64,000 nucleotides of DNA from Takakia lepidozioides (lineage: Eukaryota; Plantae; Bryophyta), in assembly GCA_030704615.1 (NCBI GenBank), contig CM060733.1:40362001-40426000 (forward strand), read 5' to 3'. Both the position numbers and the translations under genes were made by a program. Shown here piece after piece: positions 51,412 to 64,000 of this stretch. Each line of letters begins with the position of its first letter. The first letter of the stretch is position 1. The notes under the pieces were generated by a model. It saw nothing but the letters and a program-made list of their open reading frames with translations. It did no database searches and was not told the DNA's origin.

Positions 51412-54290
51412 CCCCAACGATGCACTCACCCTTGCACCAATTTTGAATTAAATCGAATTTAAATGAATTTAAAATAAATATTTGCATTTAGAAAATATAT
51501 GATTGTGGTTTTAAGAGGCGTAATGATTTTTGTTTTAGCTCTATTTTGTTCTGTGACATCGGGCTTTGCACCACTACATCCATGCAAAAAATGGGACAAA
51601 AAAAAAATGGAAAAAAAATAAGTGTGTTTCTAGGGTCACTTTTGCAGAATTCTTTATGAATAATGCATGAAGTTGAATTTAACTCAACTTTGGAACAAAA
51701 TCTGGTTATGGGTCCAAATGACTTTTGTTTACTCCCAAATTTTGCACGCATATTGCATATGCTATCATTAAGCATATGGCTTGAAAATGGAATAAAAAAA
51801 AAAACATCTGCAGGCGAAACACAATTTTTCGTCTCTATGACACGTAGCTGCGTTCAACACTAGAATGACCCATTGAATCAACTTGGTTCAAGCTCATATT
51901 TGGTCCACATGTGCATAAGTATGTTTAGATCACATATGCAAAGTTGCAACCCACACGAGCAACAAGAAATTTTTTTACATCAATCGATTAATCGGATGTA
52001 TACAAAGTACATCATGAGAATATCTACAATGCCCCTCTACGCGATCCCTGTCTCAAAGGAACCCTATTTCTATCATACACATCCCACTCACGCTGTAATC
52101 GGAGGTCCCAATCATCCCGAGAGAACTCGTATGATGCAAATAGTTCGCCCTAATAGTCCTACTAACACATGTCATCACAAACATGTGCATCCCCTCACAG
52201 TATACTGATATATGACCACAAAAGCTCTCATGCCCATCGCTTCGCTCGTCCCATACTACATTGGTTCTCCTAGGATGACCAAAACTATTGACCAGCCCAG
52301 CAACGTTGTCACCATCACAAAATTTGATCTCAATGGGAGACAACCCCCGTCTACGTACATCTTGTCCGTTGACACACAGAATGTAGGGTAGGATGTATGG
52401 GGCTTCGAGGCATAATGTACGGAACTCCGCGGAGGTGTAGTATGGACCGTAGTAGGGAAACAAGTCCACCATGTTGTTTCTCCGAGGAGGAACCATAATA
52501 TCATTGACAGTGAATAAACCCCAACCCATAGCAGGGTATGTAGCGGCTCTCACAACATACCGTCTCCCCCAATACTCGAATTCCATATTTTCTCGGATGG
52601 GGGTGGGAGGGTCGAGATGATTCCCCCAACAATGAGGCTGGACGGTCCTCAGTAACATAGTCCTATGCGCTTCCCATCGGGGGCGAGCGGCTCAGGCTGC
52701 CCAAGCCGAAAGAAAGAAAACCTAGGGCGAAGCCGACCCCTCCTAGGGGTTCGGGGGGCACATGCACGTGGAGGTGGAGGTGGAGGTGGAGGTGGTACTG
52801 CTGGCGGAGGAGATAAAAGTGGAGGTGGTTGAGGATGTAATGTCGGAGGTGCAGCCGAGGGTACAACGTCCGGATCAGGTACTACCGGAGGTGGATCAGG
52901 CAAATAAACAGACGGGGGGGGGGGGGGGGGTGAGGCCACAATCAGGAGGATCGCCTGAGGAAACTGGAGGGGGGGGGGTGGCCTGCTCGTCGCCGGCCAT
53001 AACGCCTACGACACCTACGATACCCCTCGACCCTACGCATCTCATCTACGTGCTGCTGGGGGAACCAACTGGTCGCATCGGGCACATGCTCTGGCACAAA
53101 TTCTGCAAGTAGACCGGCGCGAAATGCCTCTTGTGCAATGTGATTGCGAGCTTGGGCATCAAGTCGTGGCTGCAATGTGCGTAGTGAATGACGCATCAAT
53201 ACTTATGTCGTAATTTTGATTCATATATACTTACCAATCATACTATATTATTAGATAAACCTAAATGTACCTTAAATGAATGTTAATGAGAGGGGTGGGA
53301 AAAACACTCACCTTTGCCGCATCCGCAATCTTGTTCTTCTTGTAATATTTTTCGACAACATGCGGTCGCCGCCTCGGTGGTCTGGTGCCGCCCGACGGTA
53401 TCCGTTCCCAACACTTAGTGCACCAACACTCAACCTGTCTGGGGGGTCAAAGGTAGACGTGGTTGGACGGGGTGGCCCACGAGGAGGCAACCCGCGGCGC
53501 GCCCGACTCGATCCCGGAGTGTCAACATCCTGCGCATCACCTGAAATTTGGCCCCGGTCCCTTCTACGATTGTGCTCGGTAGCCTGTATTGGATCAGGTG
53601 CAATGGGTGGCTCCTCGCCACGAAAAACGGTCGCTCTAGGACCACTATCGATATGTGGTACTACCTCCCCATCCTCGAGGGAGACAGGTCGATGTTTCCT
53701 TACCATCGCATCCTAATTAACACACACCATCAATACTTTCATTTCTAAAAAACCATTGGCAAAAAAACCACCTCTCGTTCTATCTTCAGGATGCCCACAC
53801 CATGAAAAAATTTGTTGAGACCCATCGCTTTGCGATTATCAGATGGAACCACATTTTGGGTATGTGAATCCTAATTACACCGTTTATTCTTTTAACCCCA
53901 AGACCCACAACCAAAACCGCCAATCCAAAACCCAGCACCATAAAGAAAAACAAACACCCTAACCTAGTACTATATGAAAAAAAATAAAAAATAAAAATAA
54001 AAACTAAAAAACCCAAAAGGCCTTAAACCCTAAACCTAGAAAGGCCGGCCGTCGCCTCCTGCGACACCCTCGCGTCACATTTGACGACGAGTTTTTTTCA
54101 ATTTTTTACCTGGGGGTCGCACCCCGCGACGGAAAGCCGTCGCGGGGGGCGACGTGTTTTTTTTAATTTATGGTGCCGGGGGTCGCAAACAACGACGGTC
54201 GGCTGTCGCAAATATCATTTTTACATTTCAAAAAAAAGGCAGGGCGCAGGCGTGTGATGGCCGGGCGTCGCACGTAGGCGCCGCGCCTTT
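45782..54290 (-). mobile_element. CACTA/En-Spm DNA transposon, decayed; right TIR not found
   Basis: CACTACAG at 45782. Dense GCGACG/CGTCGC subterminal repeats at 45800-46390 and 54045-54290. TnpD-like fragments: YFPIIPRL..DGVNPF..WPV..YNIPP (49826-50215), MHIEKNV..GLKSHDYH..FFDIQVHL..RWMYFLE..PEGSMAEGY (47538-48533), GELDSI..FKGRWF..DEPF (46899-47342). Confidence 0.9.
52060..53706 (-). pseudogene. Spliced cargo gene inside the CACTA: disordered, Pro-rich N-terminus plus SET-like domain (~52110-52560)
   Basis: ATG at 53706 and GTGAGT donor near 53311. Motifs MGWGLF, PYYG, DGDNVAGLVNS, TNVVW, RTIR, then in a shifted frame GELFASY (minus strand GGCGAACTATTTGCATCATAC), in SET-domain order. Confidence 0.65.
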
Positions 54291-54730
54291 TTTTTTCCCT
54301 AAGTGCTTGAAGCATCTCTTTTCCCTCCTGTTTTTGTTTTTTCTTTGGGAGAGAGGTAGTTCAGAGAGTGGGGTTTAGGGTGGAGGAGAAACGCACCTGT
54401 TGCTGAGCCCGAGGTGGTCGCAAGGCCCCAAGGAGTTTGCCCCAACGCCGCTCCAACGCCCAAGGTAAGCACCGCCTCCTCCCTCACTTTCTCTCTTGCT
54501 TTCTTGCCCTAAGCACGGGCTGATGTCTTCTCCCCTGTGTGGTAGGAACACCGCGCAGAGGCGCGACCTAACGAGCTGAAGAGAGAGAGAGCCGTGGTGA
54601 ACGGGGGAGAGACGCCCTGCAGCGGCGGGGACCCGCGCCGCTGGCAGCCGCGATAGCACCGCAGCAGCTCGCCGCGCCGCTCGCTTCAAGCACCAGCACC
54701 AGCACCAGCTGCAGCAGCAGAGGTACGTCA

Positions 54731-55172
54731 GGGAAATTACACTCTCCTTTTCCTCTCTGCTTTTGTTTACTGTTCAAAGGTAGTCTTCCTACCCTGAGTT
54801 TAAATTTAGGTTTGGTACCAAGAGGGGGATAGACCCTTGAGCACATCCATGATGTCCTCCCCATGTCACAGACTGGAAACAGGTTCAGGGAAGTTTTCTT
54901 CCTAACTTCATTTTCAGCGGACAATTTTCTGGTAACAGACATGGCTTTGGACACTACTCTCTCTAAGTCAGGTTTATCCAGCAAGGTCAAGACTTGCGGG
55001 TCCAGATTCAGATCCTTGAGAATCTCTTCTACTCTCTTCTCCCAGGGCTTACCCTGTTTGACAGGGCAGTCCTGTTTCCAAGATATAGAGTCGATTAACT
55101 TAGGATATCTGGTGTTGGACATATGTTGCAGCTGAACCCACTATCTGACCTTGAATTTATCTCGTCGGGAGC
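54731..55172 (-). mobile_element. Diverged internal fragment of the same LINE family
   Basis: Reverse-complement match to ~33780-34220 (NTRYPKLIDSISWKQD...GKGECN). Confidence 0.88.
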
Positions 55173-55379
55173 TTAAAAGAGAGCAGCACAGAAGAGAGGG
55201 ACAAAGAGGGAGAGGGACAGAGGGACAGAGAGGGACAGAAAGAGGGAGTGAGAGAGAGACATCAGGGGGCAACAAAGAAAAGAAAAGAAGGTGGGGCAGG
55301 GAGTGACTGAGCAGCTGCTGCTGCTCAGTCACTCCCCCCCCCCACATTCTTTTTTTTTCTTTGTTGCCCCCTCTCTTGG

Positions 55380-56122
55380 GGAAACAAAAGGGACAAATCC
55401 TACCTCTGTCAGGGGCTGACCTTGGTAGTAAGACTTACCTTCACATATAGAATTAATCCAGGTTTTCCAAATATCCTCTACAAATCCCTTCACACAAGCA
55501 TCAATCTGCTGTGTGTGAGATGCCCAAAAACTAGGCCTCAGAAGGGACTGGGCTTTTGGCTCAGCCTCGACTTTTTCAAAGTTAGTAAACAGAGGTACAT
55601 GCACAATTCCCTTGATAGATTTGAAGAGAGCGTCTCTTTGGTGAGAGAACCCCGGACAGTGTATCAGAAAATGAGTATTGTCTTCAGATTGCCCACACAA
55701 CGGGCAATTGCACTCTTCCTTTCCTCTCTACTTCTGTTTGCTGTTCAAAGGTAGGCTTCCTGCCCTGAGTTTAAATTTCAGCCTAGTGCCGAGAGTGGGT
55801 AGACCCTTGAGGTCATCCAAGATGTCCTCCCCCATGTCACTGACTGGAAACAAGTTTAGGGAAGTTTTTTGTCTAACTTCATTTTCATCAGACAATCTCA
55901 TGGCAACAGACATGGTTGGACACTATAGCCTCTAAGTCAAGATTTATCCAGCAGGGATAAGACTTGCGGTTCCAAGTCCAGGTCCTTGAGAATCTCTTCT
56001 ACTGTCTTCTGCCAGGACTTAGCCTGTTTGACAGATCGGTGGGCGGTCCTGTTTCCAAGATAGAGTCGATTAACTTTGGATATCTGGTGTTGGACATATG
56101 CTGCAGCTGACCCCACCATCTG
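55380..56122 (-). mobile_element. Second diverged fragment of the same LINE family
   Basis: Reverse-complement match to ~33805-34545 with frameshifts; lacks the terminal ~60 bp. Confidence 0.88.
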
Positions 56123-56200
56123 ACCCCCCCCCCACCCATTTGTTTTCATTGTTGCCCCCTCCCTCCCTCTGTCTCCCTCCTTGGAATTGGCCGGTTGCAT

Positions 56201-56850
56201 CAGTGTTCTTTTCATGATTTTCCATCTATACCAGATGGACTCTAAAAGGTGTTTTCACCCGACTTGTAAAGGTTTTCTATCCATACCGGAAGAATCACCT
56301 GGGTGGACACTAAAATACCTTTAAAAATGACCTATAATTTTTTCATTCCTCTTTTATTGACTTTCATCTATATCAGATGAGTCACCAAAGAATGAGGAAT
56401 TACCTCCGTAGGGGTTATGACACTGGCATCCTATCTATAATTTTTCCATCCATGCCGGATGAAAAATACCAGGATTTGAATTCGTTTTATTCCCCCTTTA
56501 TGCATTTTTTTTCCGTACTGGATGAGGCTTTCTCTTAAGAGATGACGAATTACCTGTTAGGATGAGAAACCGCTGCCCTGGATGATGTTTATTACTTTTT
56601 CATCCTACTGATGGACCTCATCCAAATAAATGAACCTATTTATTTTTTCATCTGGACCGGATGAAAAAAACAGCTTATGATGGCCATGGAGAGTTTTTTA
56701 AATTACCCTTAATTATTGCTAATTAAAGAGTGAAACCCTAACTCCTACCCTATAATCTACTGTTTAAACCTAGCTAATGGATGACATCCGTCGGGTTTTT
56801 GAGAGAAATGATATTGATTATTCATCCTCCGGATGAAAAATCGGGCGCTG
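56201..56850. mobile_element. Possible hAT-type MITE rich in GGATG/CATCC motifs
   Basis: Left end CAGTGTTCTTTTCAT versus right-end reverse complement CAGCGCCCGATTTTTCAT; many internal (CC)GGATGA motifs; no TSD seen. Confidence 0.4.
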
Positions 56851-58679
56851 CCCTAGGGTGTCTCTCCCGCTGTCAGCTGCATTCCTCGTGCTGCTGGGCT
56901 CGCGAGTTATGGCGTCTGAGCTCTGCTGCTACCCTGTCTGCTACTTCATGCCGGACGAACTCCTGGGGATGCGCAATGGCGGCGTCTTGTCTCTTCTCAC
57001 AGGCAGGAGAACCCGCTATGATGGCATTGCCCTTTTCCCTCCTCTAGCTTTTATATTTCACAGCGGCGCTTTGGTGGGGAAGTATATCGCTCTCTCTCCC
57101 TTCTTAAACCTAGCATTTGTATGCTTCGCTTCTCCTTAGCTGTGCTGGAGGTGGCGTGTTGGTGGCGATGGCGCAGTGTTACCTTCCCCAATTGCTCAAG
57201 GTGCTTTTGATGATTAGGGTTCCTTTTACTTCATATCTTTCTCTCTTGTTTTTGGGGTTCTTAGTTGACATCGATAACAAGTGTAGGGGTCTGTGATTCA
57301 CCTGGGGTTCCACAATCCTCACTAACCCATTGGTTTTTGTGGGGGCTTTGTGATGGGACCAGGTGAGGATCCCTACCTACTTTGAATTCTCTTGAGCTTG
57401 CAGATAAGGATGTGTGCAAAAGGAACATATTGCTGCTGCCTGCAGCCCCGATTTCGGCCCGCTTGCTCCGGGTTTGACATGATGATGTTTGCTTTTGACT
57501 TATCTTTTGCTGCTACTGATGGAGCACATCGCCCTGGCAGCTTTGTCTCATGCAACACTGCATGTGAATCCTACCCTGTCTTGAATCTTTGACAGCTTTG
57601 CCTGTGGATTTTTAGACTAGGTTCCCCTTTTTTTTTTGCCTTAAAAGAGGATTGATGGTATAAGGGAAAAGTCATAAGTGGTTGTTTGGCTCTAAGGATG
57701 AGGAGAGCTGAGTTTTGTTAAAGAAGACAGCCTGATAAGGCAATGACAAGCCGTTTTCAGACCTGGATTTGTTGTGGAATGGAGCATAGTGAGGTTCTAT
57801 TTGCAAAACATGGCATTAGCCTCCTGTGAAACAGTGACGGTAAGCTCTAAAGGACTCTGGCCATTGATTATTTACTTTATTTTGCCATATGAACAGTCAC
57901 CTGCATTGTATGATTTATCTTGGCCAAGTGGGCTTGGTCTTGGGCACTCAAAGTGTATGTGTGTCCAGATCTGGATGCTGTGACAGGGCAGGCCTTTCTT
58001 CCATGCCAAAACGCCTTACCTGATGTATATCTTGGGGCAATTGTACATGATGTAGAATGAAGTCGCAGTCAGTCTTGTCATGCCTAAAGTGCTCACTTGG
58101 TTGCATGTTTGGAGTCTGATTTACTGCAGGCTGGGCCAGCAAGAGTCCTATGTGCACATGTCCTGAATATATAGAATGACAGGCTGTTCTTACATACCCA
58201 GAAGTCCTTACACGATGCATGCTTTGGGGTGCTTACATTTGGCCAAATGTGAAGCTGCAATATGGCTTGCCATGCCCAAGAAGTGTACTTGGTGGCAGGC
58301 CCGAAATGTAATTAATTGCAGGCTGGTCCTTCCTGCTGTCAGTGTGAACACTCCCTGAATGTGTTGTAGGGCAAGATGTTCTTACCCACTTTGCATATTG
58401 CTTGTCTTGGATCACCTCAAGGTACTTGTGTATACATATCTTGGATCTGTAATGTGGCAAGATGCTCTTATATGCCCATGATATCTTGCATGGTGCATAT
58501 CTTATGGATAACTATGGATGATGTAATCTGAGGCTGCAATCTGACTTATATTGTGCAAGTGGGTCACTTGGGTACATGACAAGAATCTGATTATGAACAT
58601 ACCCCGCCCTCCCACCCTGTTTTATCATGATTGAATGGGTGGCGTCACTTGGGGTGCAGGAGGTAGGGAGGACGAGTAA

Positions 58680-60030
58680 GGAGGGCCCCACCTGCAACCA
58701 GCCCCCTTGGTCCATGGTAATCATTGATCATCATTCTTCTTCTTTTTTCTTCTTTTTTTCCTGTTTTCTTTTATGATATACCAAGGGGCTAATAGCCCCT
58801 TGCTCCACTATGGTAGATTTTACATTGGAGGGAGCACAAGCAAGGAGGGCCCCGCCAACCAGCCCACATTACCCACTGGTAAGTATCTTCCCTTTCTTTA
58901 AATTTTTTTAATTCTTGATACAATTGGGGGTTGATAAGATAGCCCCTTTGGCTTCTGTTATGGCAGATTTTGCATGAGAGGGAGGGACCTACCAACCAGC
59001 CCCCATTACCCGCTTGTAACTCCCTTTCATTGAGCTTTATTTTTTTAGTTGTTTAATTTTTTGTTAAAAGAGGGGCTGATTAGCCCATTGCTCTTGTGCT
59101 ACGACTGATCGTGCATGGGAGGGAAAGGAGGGCAAGTAGGAAGGCTGGCCAACCAGCCCCTCTTGCACCGCACATGTAAGCATCCCCCTTCATTTTTTTC
59201 CCCCATAAAATTGGTATAGCAAGGGCTGATTAGCCGTTGCTAGTGCATATCACACACAAGAAGGAGGTCCAGTGCAAGTAAAAAAGCACGTCAACTAGCC
59301 CCTCTCATCTTGTAGTAAGCCCCCACCCTTTAGTTTAGTTTTTTAATGTTATTCTTTCCAATGTGTGGTACAACAAAAGGCTGATTCGCCCTTCCTCATA
59401 GTGATATGTTGCACTCGGGAAGGGAGCAGAAATAGAAGGCCTCTTGACCCGCCAACCAGCCCCCATTACCCGCGTGTACTTCCTCTTCATTGTTCTTTAT
59501 TTTCTTAATTATTTTAAGTTTGTGATATAAGAGGAGCTGATTAGCCCCTTGCTCTTTTGCTATTGTAGATCGTGCATGGGAGGGAAAGAGGGCAAGTAGG
59601 GAGGCCTGCCAACCAGCCCCCGTTCCACCACACATGTAAGCATGCCCCTAATTCAATGTTACATATTTTTTTTTTCCCAGAAAATTGGCATAGCAAGGGG
59701 CTGATCAGCCCCCTACTCTCTTGCTATGTAGATCACACACAAGAAGGAGGAGTGCGAGTTTAGAGCCCGCTAACCAGCCCCCTCATCCTATGGTAAGCCC
59801 CCACCTTTTAATAGCTTAGTTTTTTATTTTATTTTTTCCAATGTGTGGTACAACAGAGGGATGATTTGCTCCTCCTCGCATAGTGAAAGTTTGAATTCGG
59901 AAAGGGGAGCACAAATATCAAGAAGGCTTGACAGCCAGCCCCTACCTCTTGTGGACGATACCCTACTTTAAAGCTTCATAATTTTTAGTTATAACTCTTC
60001 ATGTTGTGGTACAACAAGGACTGATTTATT
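58680..60030. repeat. Degenerate tandem array, ~145-160-bp unit, about 9 copies, with a ~460-bp higher-order repeat
   Basis: GGGGCTGATTAGCCCC-like palindrome recurs near 58785, 58927, 59071, 59222, 59378, 59533, 59696, 59858, 60018, alternating with CCAACCAGCCCC and a T-tract. Confidence 0.8.
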
Positions 60031-60395
60031 TATATGTGGTGGGGGCATTGCAGATCATTTCCCAAGGCATGAAGTAGCCAAGCTGACCACTGAAGCATAA
60101 GACTGGTCCACCCCCAACTTGCTAGGTAGTTTTTGTAATTTGAAAATGTAAATGTACATGTACTAGATAAAAAAAATAACGTAGATCTAAATGTAGGCCA
60201 TGTATGTAACATTCAACTCAATATGAAATAATAAATTGAGCAGTGCGGTGTCTCTCCCCACACTTTCGTTTTGGCCAGCCATATACCATTCCAAACTTTT
60301 GTAAATATATGAGTTGTGCACAATTATTAAATGCCTTTTGGATTCTTTGTTTGCATTGTTTTTACACAGGAGTTGTTCCACAAGCTTTTTATGTC

Positions 60396-62670
60396 ATGGA
60401 GCCCCATATTTTCGATGAACTAGAAAGGGAAGTTGTTCCTGACATCAATGTTGATAATGAGAGAGCTTTGGTGGAGTGCCATGTTGCGGAGGATGCTCAT
60501 CATGCAGCCTCATTTACATCAGTTCCTCAAGCCTCGGCTGCAATGTCATCTTCCACAGTTTCGCCATCACACACGGTGTTGGATGTGGAAGCGCAGCTCC
60601 CAGTACTTGAAAAACAATGGGATTTTTGGAAGCCCCACAATCGCACTGCTTCGACATAGGCATTCTATGCAACAAAAGACTCTACTCCAGTGGACATAAC
60701 AAATCCACAACAAATGAGGTGTGTTCTATGTCATCATGTTGGTGTCACTCCTGCAAGCAAGAAGGGCATTGTGACCTATAATAAAACCAATGGTATCTCT
60801 GCCCTTTGGAAAACATGTGGATCGAGACACATGACATTGTTTTGCGTAGGTGGATTGAGAGGGAAAATGAAGGACCTGAGAAGGCCCGTAGGCCAGCAAA
60901 AAAGAGGCCCGGCCCCACTCCTGGAAACATAGCTTCTTTTTTTGGGAGCTCCACTCCATACAACCAAAATGATGATCAACAGAAGCACTTCAATGAGGAT
61001 TTGCAAAGGAGTTGGTTCCACTGTCTTTGGTAGAATCCCCTTGGCTAAGAAGGATGGTGTTGAGGCAAAATCCTCGGATTGTTTTCCCTTCTCGACGGAC
61101 ATTTGTGAATGAGGCCATTCCAATCTTGGCAGAGAAGACGAAAGAGCGCTACATGTCCCCATCTCTTCAGAGTTGTGCTACTTGCTCTGTGAGTTTTGAT
61201 TTGTGGATGTCAAGAGGGGGAACTGACACTTTTGTCATCATAGCGCACTTTATTAATGAACAGTGGGAACAATGTCATGTGACTCTTGGCATGTTTGAGA
61301 CACCTGACACATCTGGGGCTGCCATGGCACATCAAGTCAACAATCTTCTTGTGAAGTATGGCCTCAATACTCGCATTATTGCTTACGTCAAAGATGAGGG
61401 AGGTAACTTGGCCACTTTGACCAATGCTTTGAATTCGGTGGTCTCATGTGCGTGTTTGGGGTTGGATTCTCCATTTGTGGGTAGCTGTTTTGGGCATGCA
61501 ATGTCCAAGTGATGCCAGTATGCAACAAATGATGTAAAAGTATGCGCAGATATGGGATCGGTTTCTATAAAAAATGCCCAATCAGAGTTGCAAAAAACCA
61601 TTACTTGGACAAAAAAAAGTGGCAAAAGGAGACAAGAATGGGCAAAGGCATGTGTGGACAGCGGCATTCATCCCCGCAAATTGAAGACTCCGGTGAAGAC
61701 ACGGTTTGCTTCCAAGGTGATCCTCTTCCAAGAGACTTTGGAGTTTAGGCAAGCCATAATCACTTGTTACTCTAGGCAAACCTCATTGGCACTGCAGTCT
61801 CGCATACCAAGTCCACAAGTGTGGGCCATTGCCCAATCAATTTCTACAGTTCTAGGGCCTATGGTTCATGAGTGCATTATGAATCAATCTAGGGGATTTT
61901 GGCTGTTGTCCGATGCTCTTAATGCAGCCATTGCCACAACAATTCGCATGCGAGGAAGTAGTGCTCCCAAGGCTGCAACTGTGGATCATTGCATGGGGGA
62001 TTTCTCAACAGAGTTGACATTGTTGGAATGGCGGATGGCTCGAGAGGTGGTATATGTCTTGGAACCATTTCTTTCTTTTTTGGATCGCGCAAAGCTCACA
62101 ATATGCTCGTGTTTATGCTTGACCCACGTTACAAGGGGTTGTCATTGGTATCACAATATGTGGGCAAAGAGCGTGCTTTGCATATTGTGTCCCAATATGA
62201 TAGCATGGTGTTAGAGCCTCTTTTGGTAAAGTGTTTCAAGGTCTTACATCAGGATACTCCGGCCCAATCACAGCCCACTTCCACAATGGACGAGATGTCC
62301 TTATTTGGTGTGCATGACCACAATGAAGACATGACATTGACAGTAGTGAGAGAACAACTATCACATTTCAGAAGGACGAAGATAATTGAGGGTGAGTGCG
62401 TGGCTCCTTTGAAATGGTGGAAAGAACACGAGTCTCTCTTTCCTTATGTGGGATTTTTGGCACGGCTAATCTTGGGCATAGTTGGATCTCAGATTGAAGC
62501 TGAGAGGGTTTTTAGTATTGCAGGTGTCATAACAAGCTTGAGACGGTGAAAACCTTGATATGCTTGTGAGTGTAGTCAAGAATTGGCCAAATAATGCTAG
62601 AGTTGGTTGCTTTAGTACTTCCATGAAAGAGTTTTTGGATAAGGAAGAAGTCATCTTAGATGAACTGAAA
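60396..62670 (+). mobile_element. Decayed hAT transposase
   Basis: BED-like CVLCH, SFDLWMS, VKDEGGN, CFGH, KTRF, LDPRYK, and dimerisation domain PLKWWK..FPYVGFLARLILGIVGSQIEAERVFS; multiple stops and frameshifts. Confidence 0.88.
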
Positions 62671-63108
62671 AAATGCAGATGGATCTGTATGTATTTGTAA
62701 GCCTAAACGTTCTGATGTGAGGTTCTCTGGTTTTATGACAAGAACAAAACAATTGTGAGCAGGAAGTGAAGGGCCATCTCCTATTGGAATTCCTCAATCA
62801 GCATAGCTGGGCCTGGATCAAACATCGATGGACTAGGCCTTTCGTCTTCACTAGGTGTTGCTGCTAAAAAAATTACCGATTGTGAGAGGGTCCCTAATCA
62901 AATGATGCTTCCATGTACAGATGAAGCAGAGGAATATAACATACTATCGCACTTTGCACCTAACTTCCCAGCAAAGTGGTGTAGCATCAACCTCGGTCTG
63001 AGAGAGAAAGCCACAGTTCTATAGATTAGCGTGATTAATTTTAAAGTCGCACTCTTAGGGTTTAATTCTCCAAAAAAACCCACCGATATATACTTTCATC
63101 TGCCCCTG

Positions 63109-63111
<3 letters not shown>

Positions 63112-63167
<56 letters not shown>
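63112..63167. repeat. (CT)n microsatellite
   Basis: Pure TC run of about 55 bp. Confidence 0.95.
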
Positions 63168-63170
<3 letters not shown>

Positions 63171-64000
63171 CCGTACATACAAACAACCATGTCAACGTCG
63201 GAAATAGCCGACACAATAGACACTGTAACGGACCAACAAATCCAGGAAATAACCCACCAAGAAATGACAAACGTGATATACGACAGTTTCACGTCCAATG
63301 ACCATCATGCCCTAAAGGTGGGGAACACATGGAAGCGCCTGCCCTATAGTACAAACTTCCACAGCCCCTTGTGGAACGTCCCTTCGGACCGTGAAGAAAT
63401 AGCAATCTTCGTAGGTATTGCAAAATACCCATACCTTGGCAAAACCGGGAATTACAGATTCGTGACTTTCGCCGAAGAACTAAAGACGCAAAATTCACAA
63501 TATTGATAGAAGACAGCCATTTCTTGTTCGACTACACAAATACAATACAGAATGATTCGATAATTGAAGGATGAGAGGCGAGGACATGACGTGGATGGAT
63601 GGAAACAACATGAGCTTCACGAAAAAGCTCCTAAAAACTAACGCAAACAACTCTGGCTCGACGTCCGGTAACAACAAACGTCAAAAAACAAACAACGACG
63701 AGATGCACAATACAATAGAAATGCAGCATCCAACATGTAGGATCTCCCTCTGAGATGAGGTTTACTATTTCATGATCAAAAACCATGAGCCATGAGCCAT
63801 GAGCCGCATGAGTGGTGAGCCGCAGTCTAAGACACGCGGTTTCCATGAGCGGACTCTTCCAAATTTGGAAATGCGGCAGATTAAAAAAGTATAAAAATAA
63901 TAGTTTTTTATTCGACCTTGCCATTTTTGGAAGTTCCAGATCCTGTAATGCGGCGAAGATATGTCGTCAGTAACAATTCCGCTCATGGTTTTTAGATCCG

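Overview
Eukaryotic, intron-containing DNA, most likely an early-diverging land plant such as a bryophyte (inferred from gene families and TE types; not provable from the window). Host genes: XRCC4-like first exon (-), adenylate kinase 6 (+), a CYP71-clan P450 (-), an exostosin/GT47 glycosyltransferase (+), a SpoU/TrmH RNA methyltransferase (-) and a TMEM186-like gene (+). About half the window is nested, mostly decayed transposons: a Ty3/Gypsy element, a Helitron-type Rep, an RTE/RTEX-like LINE with truncated copies, a CACTA, a hAT and tRNA-like SINEs. The notable signal is TE cargo that acts on chromatin or protein modification. The Gypsy pol carries a DNMT3-like cytosine methyltransferase upstream of RT and a PHD finger after integrase. 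The CACTA carries a spliced gene with a SET-like domain. The Helitron region has Ulp1-like protease and protein kinase remnants. All cargo copies here are damaged, so function must be tested on intact relatives. The LINE ends 6 nt after its stop codon with no tail, and has left three TSD-flanked insertions of about 4.9 kb, 262 bp and 19 bp.
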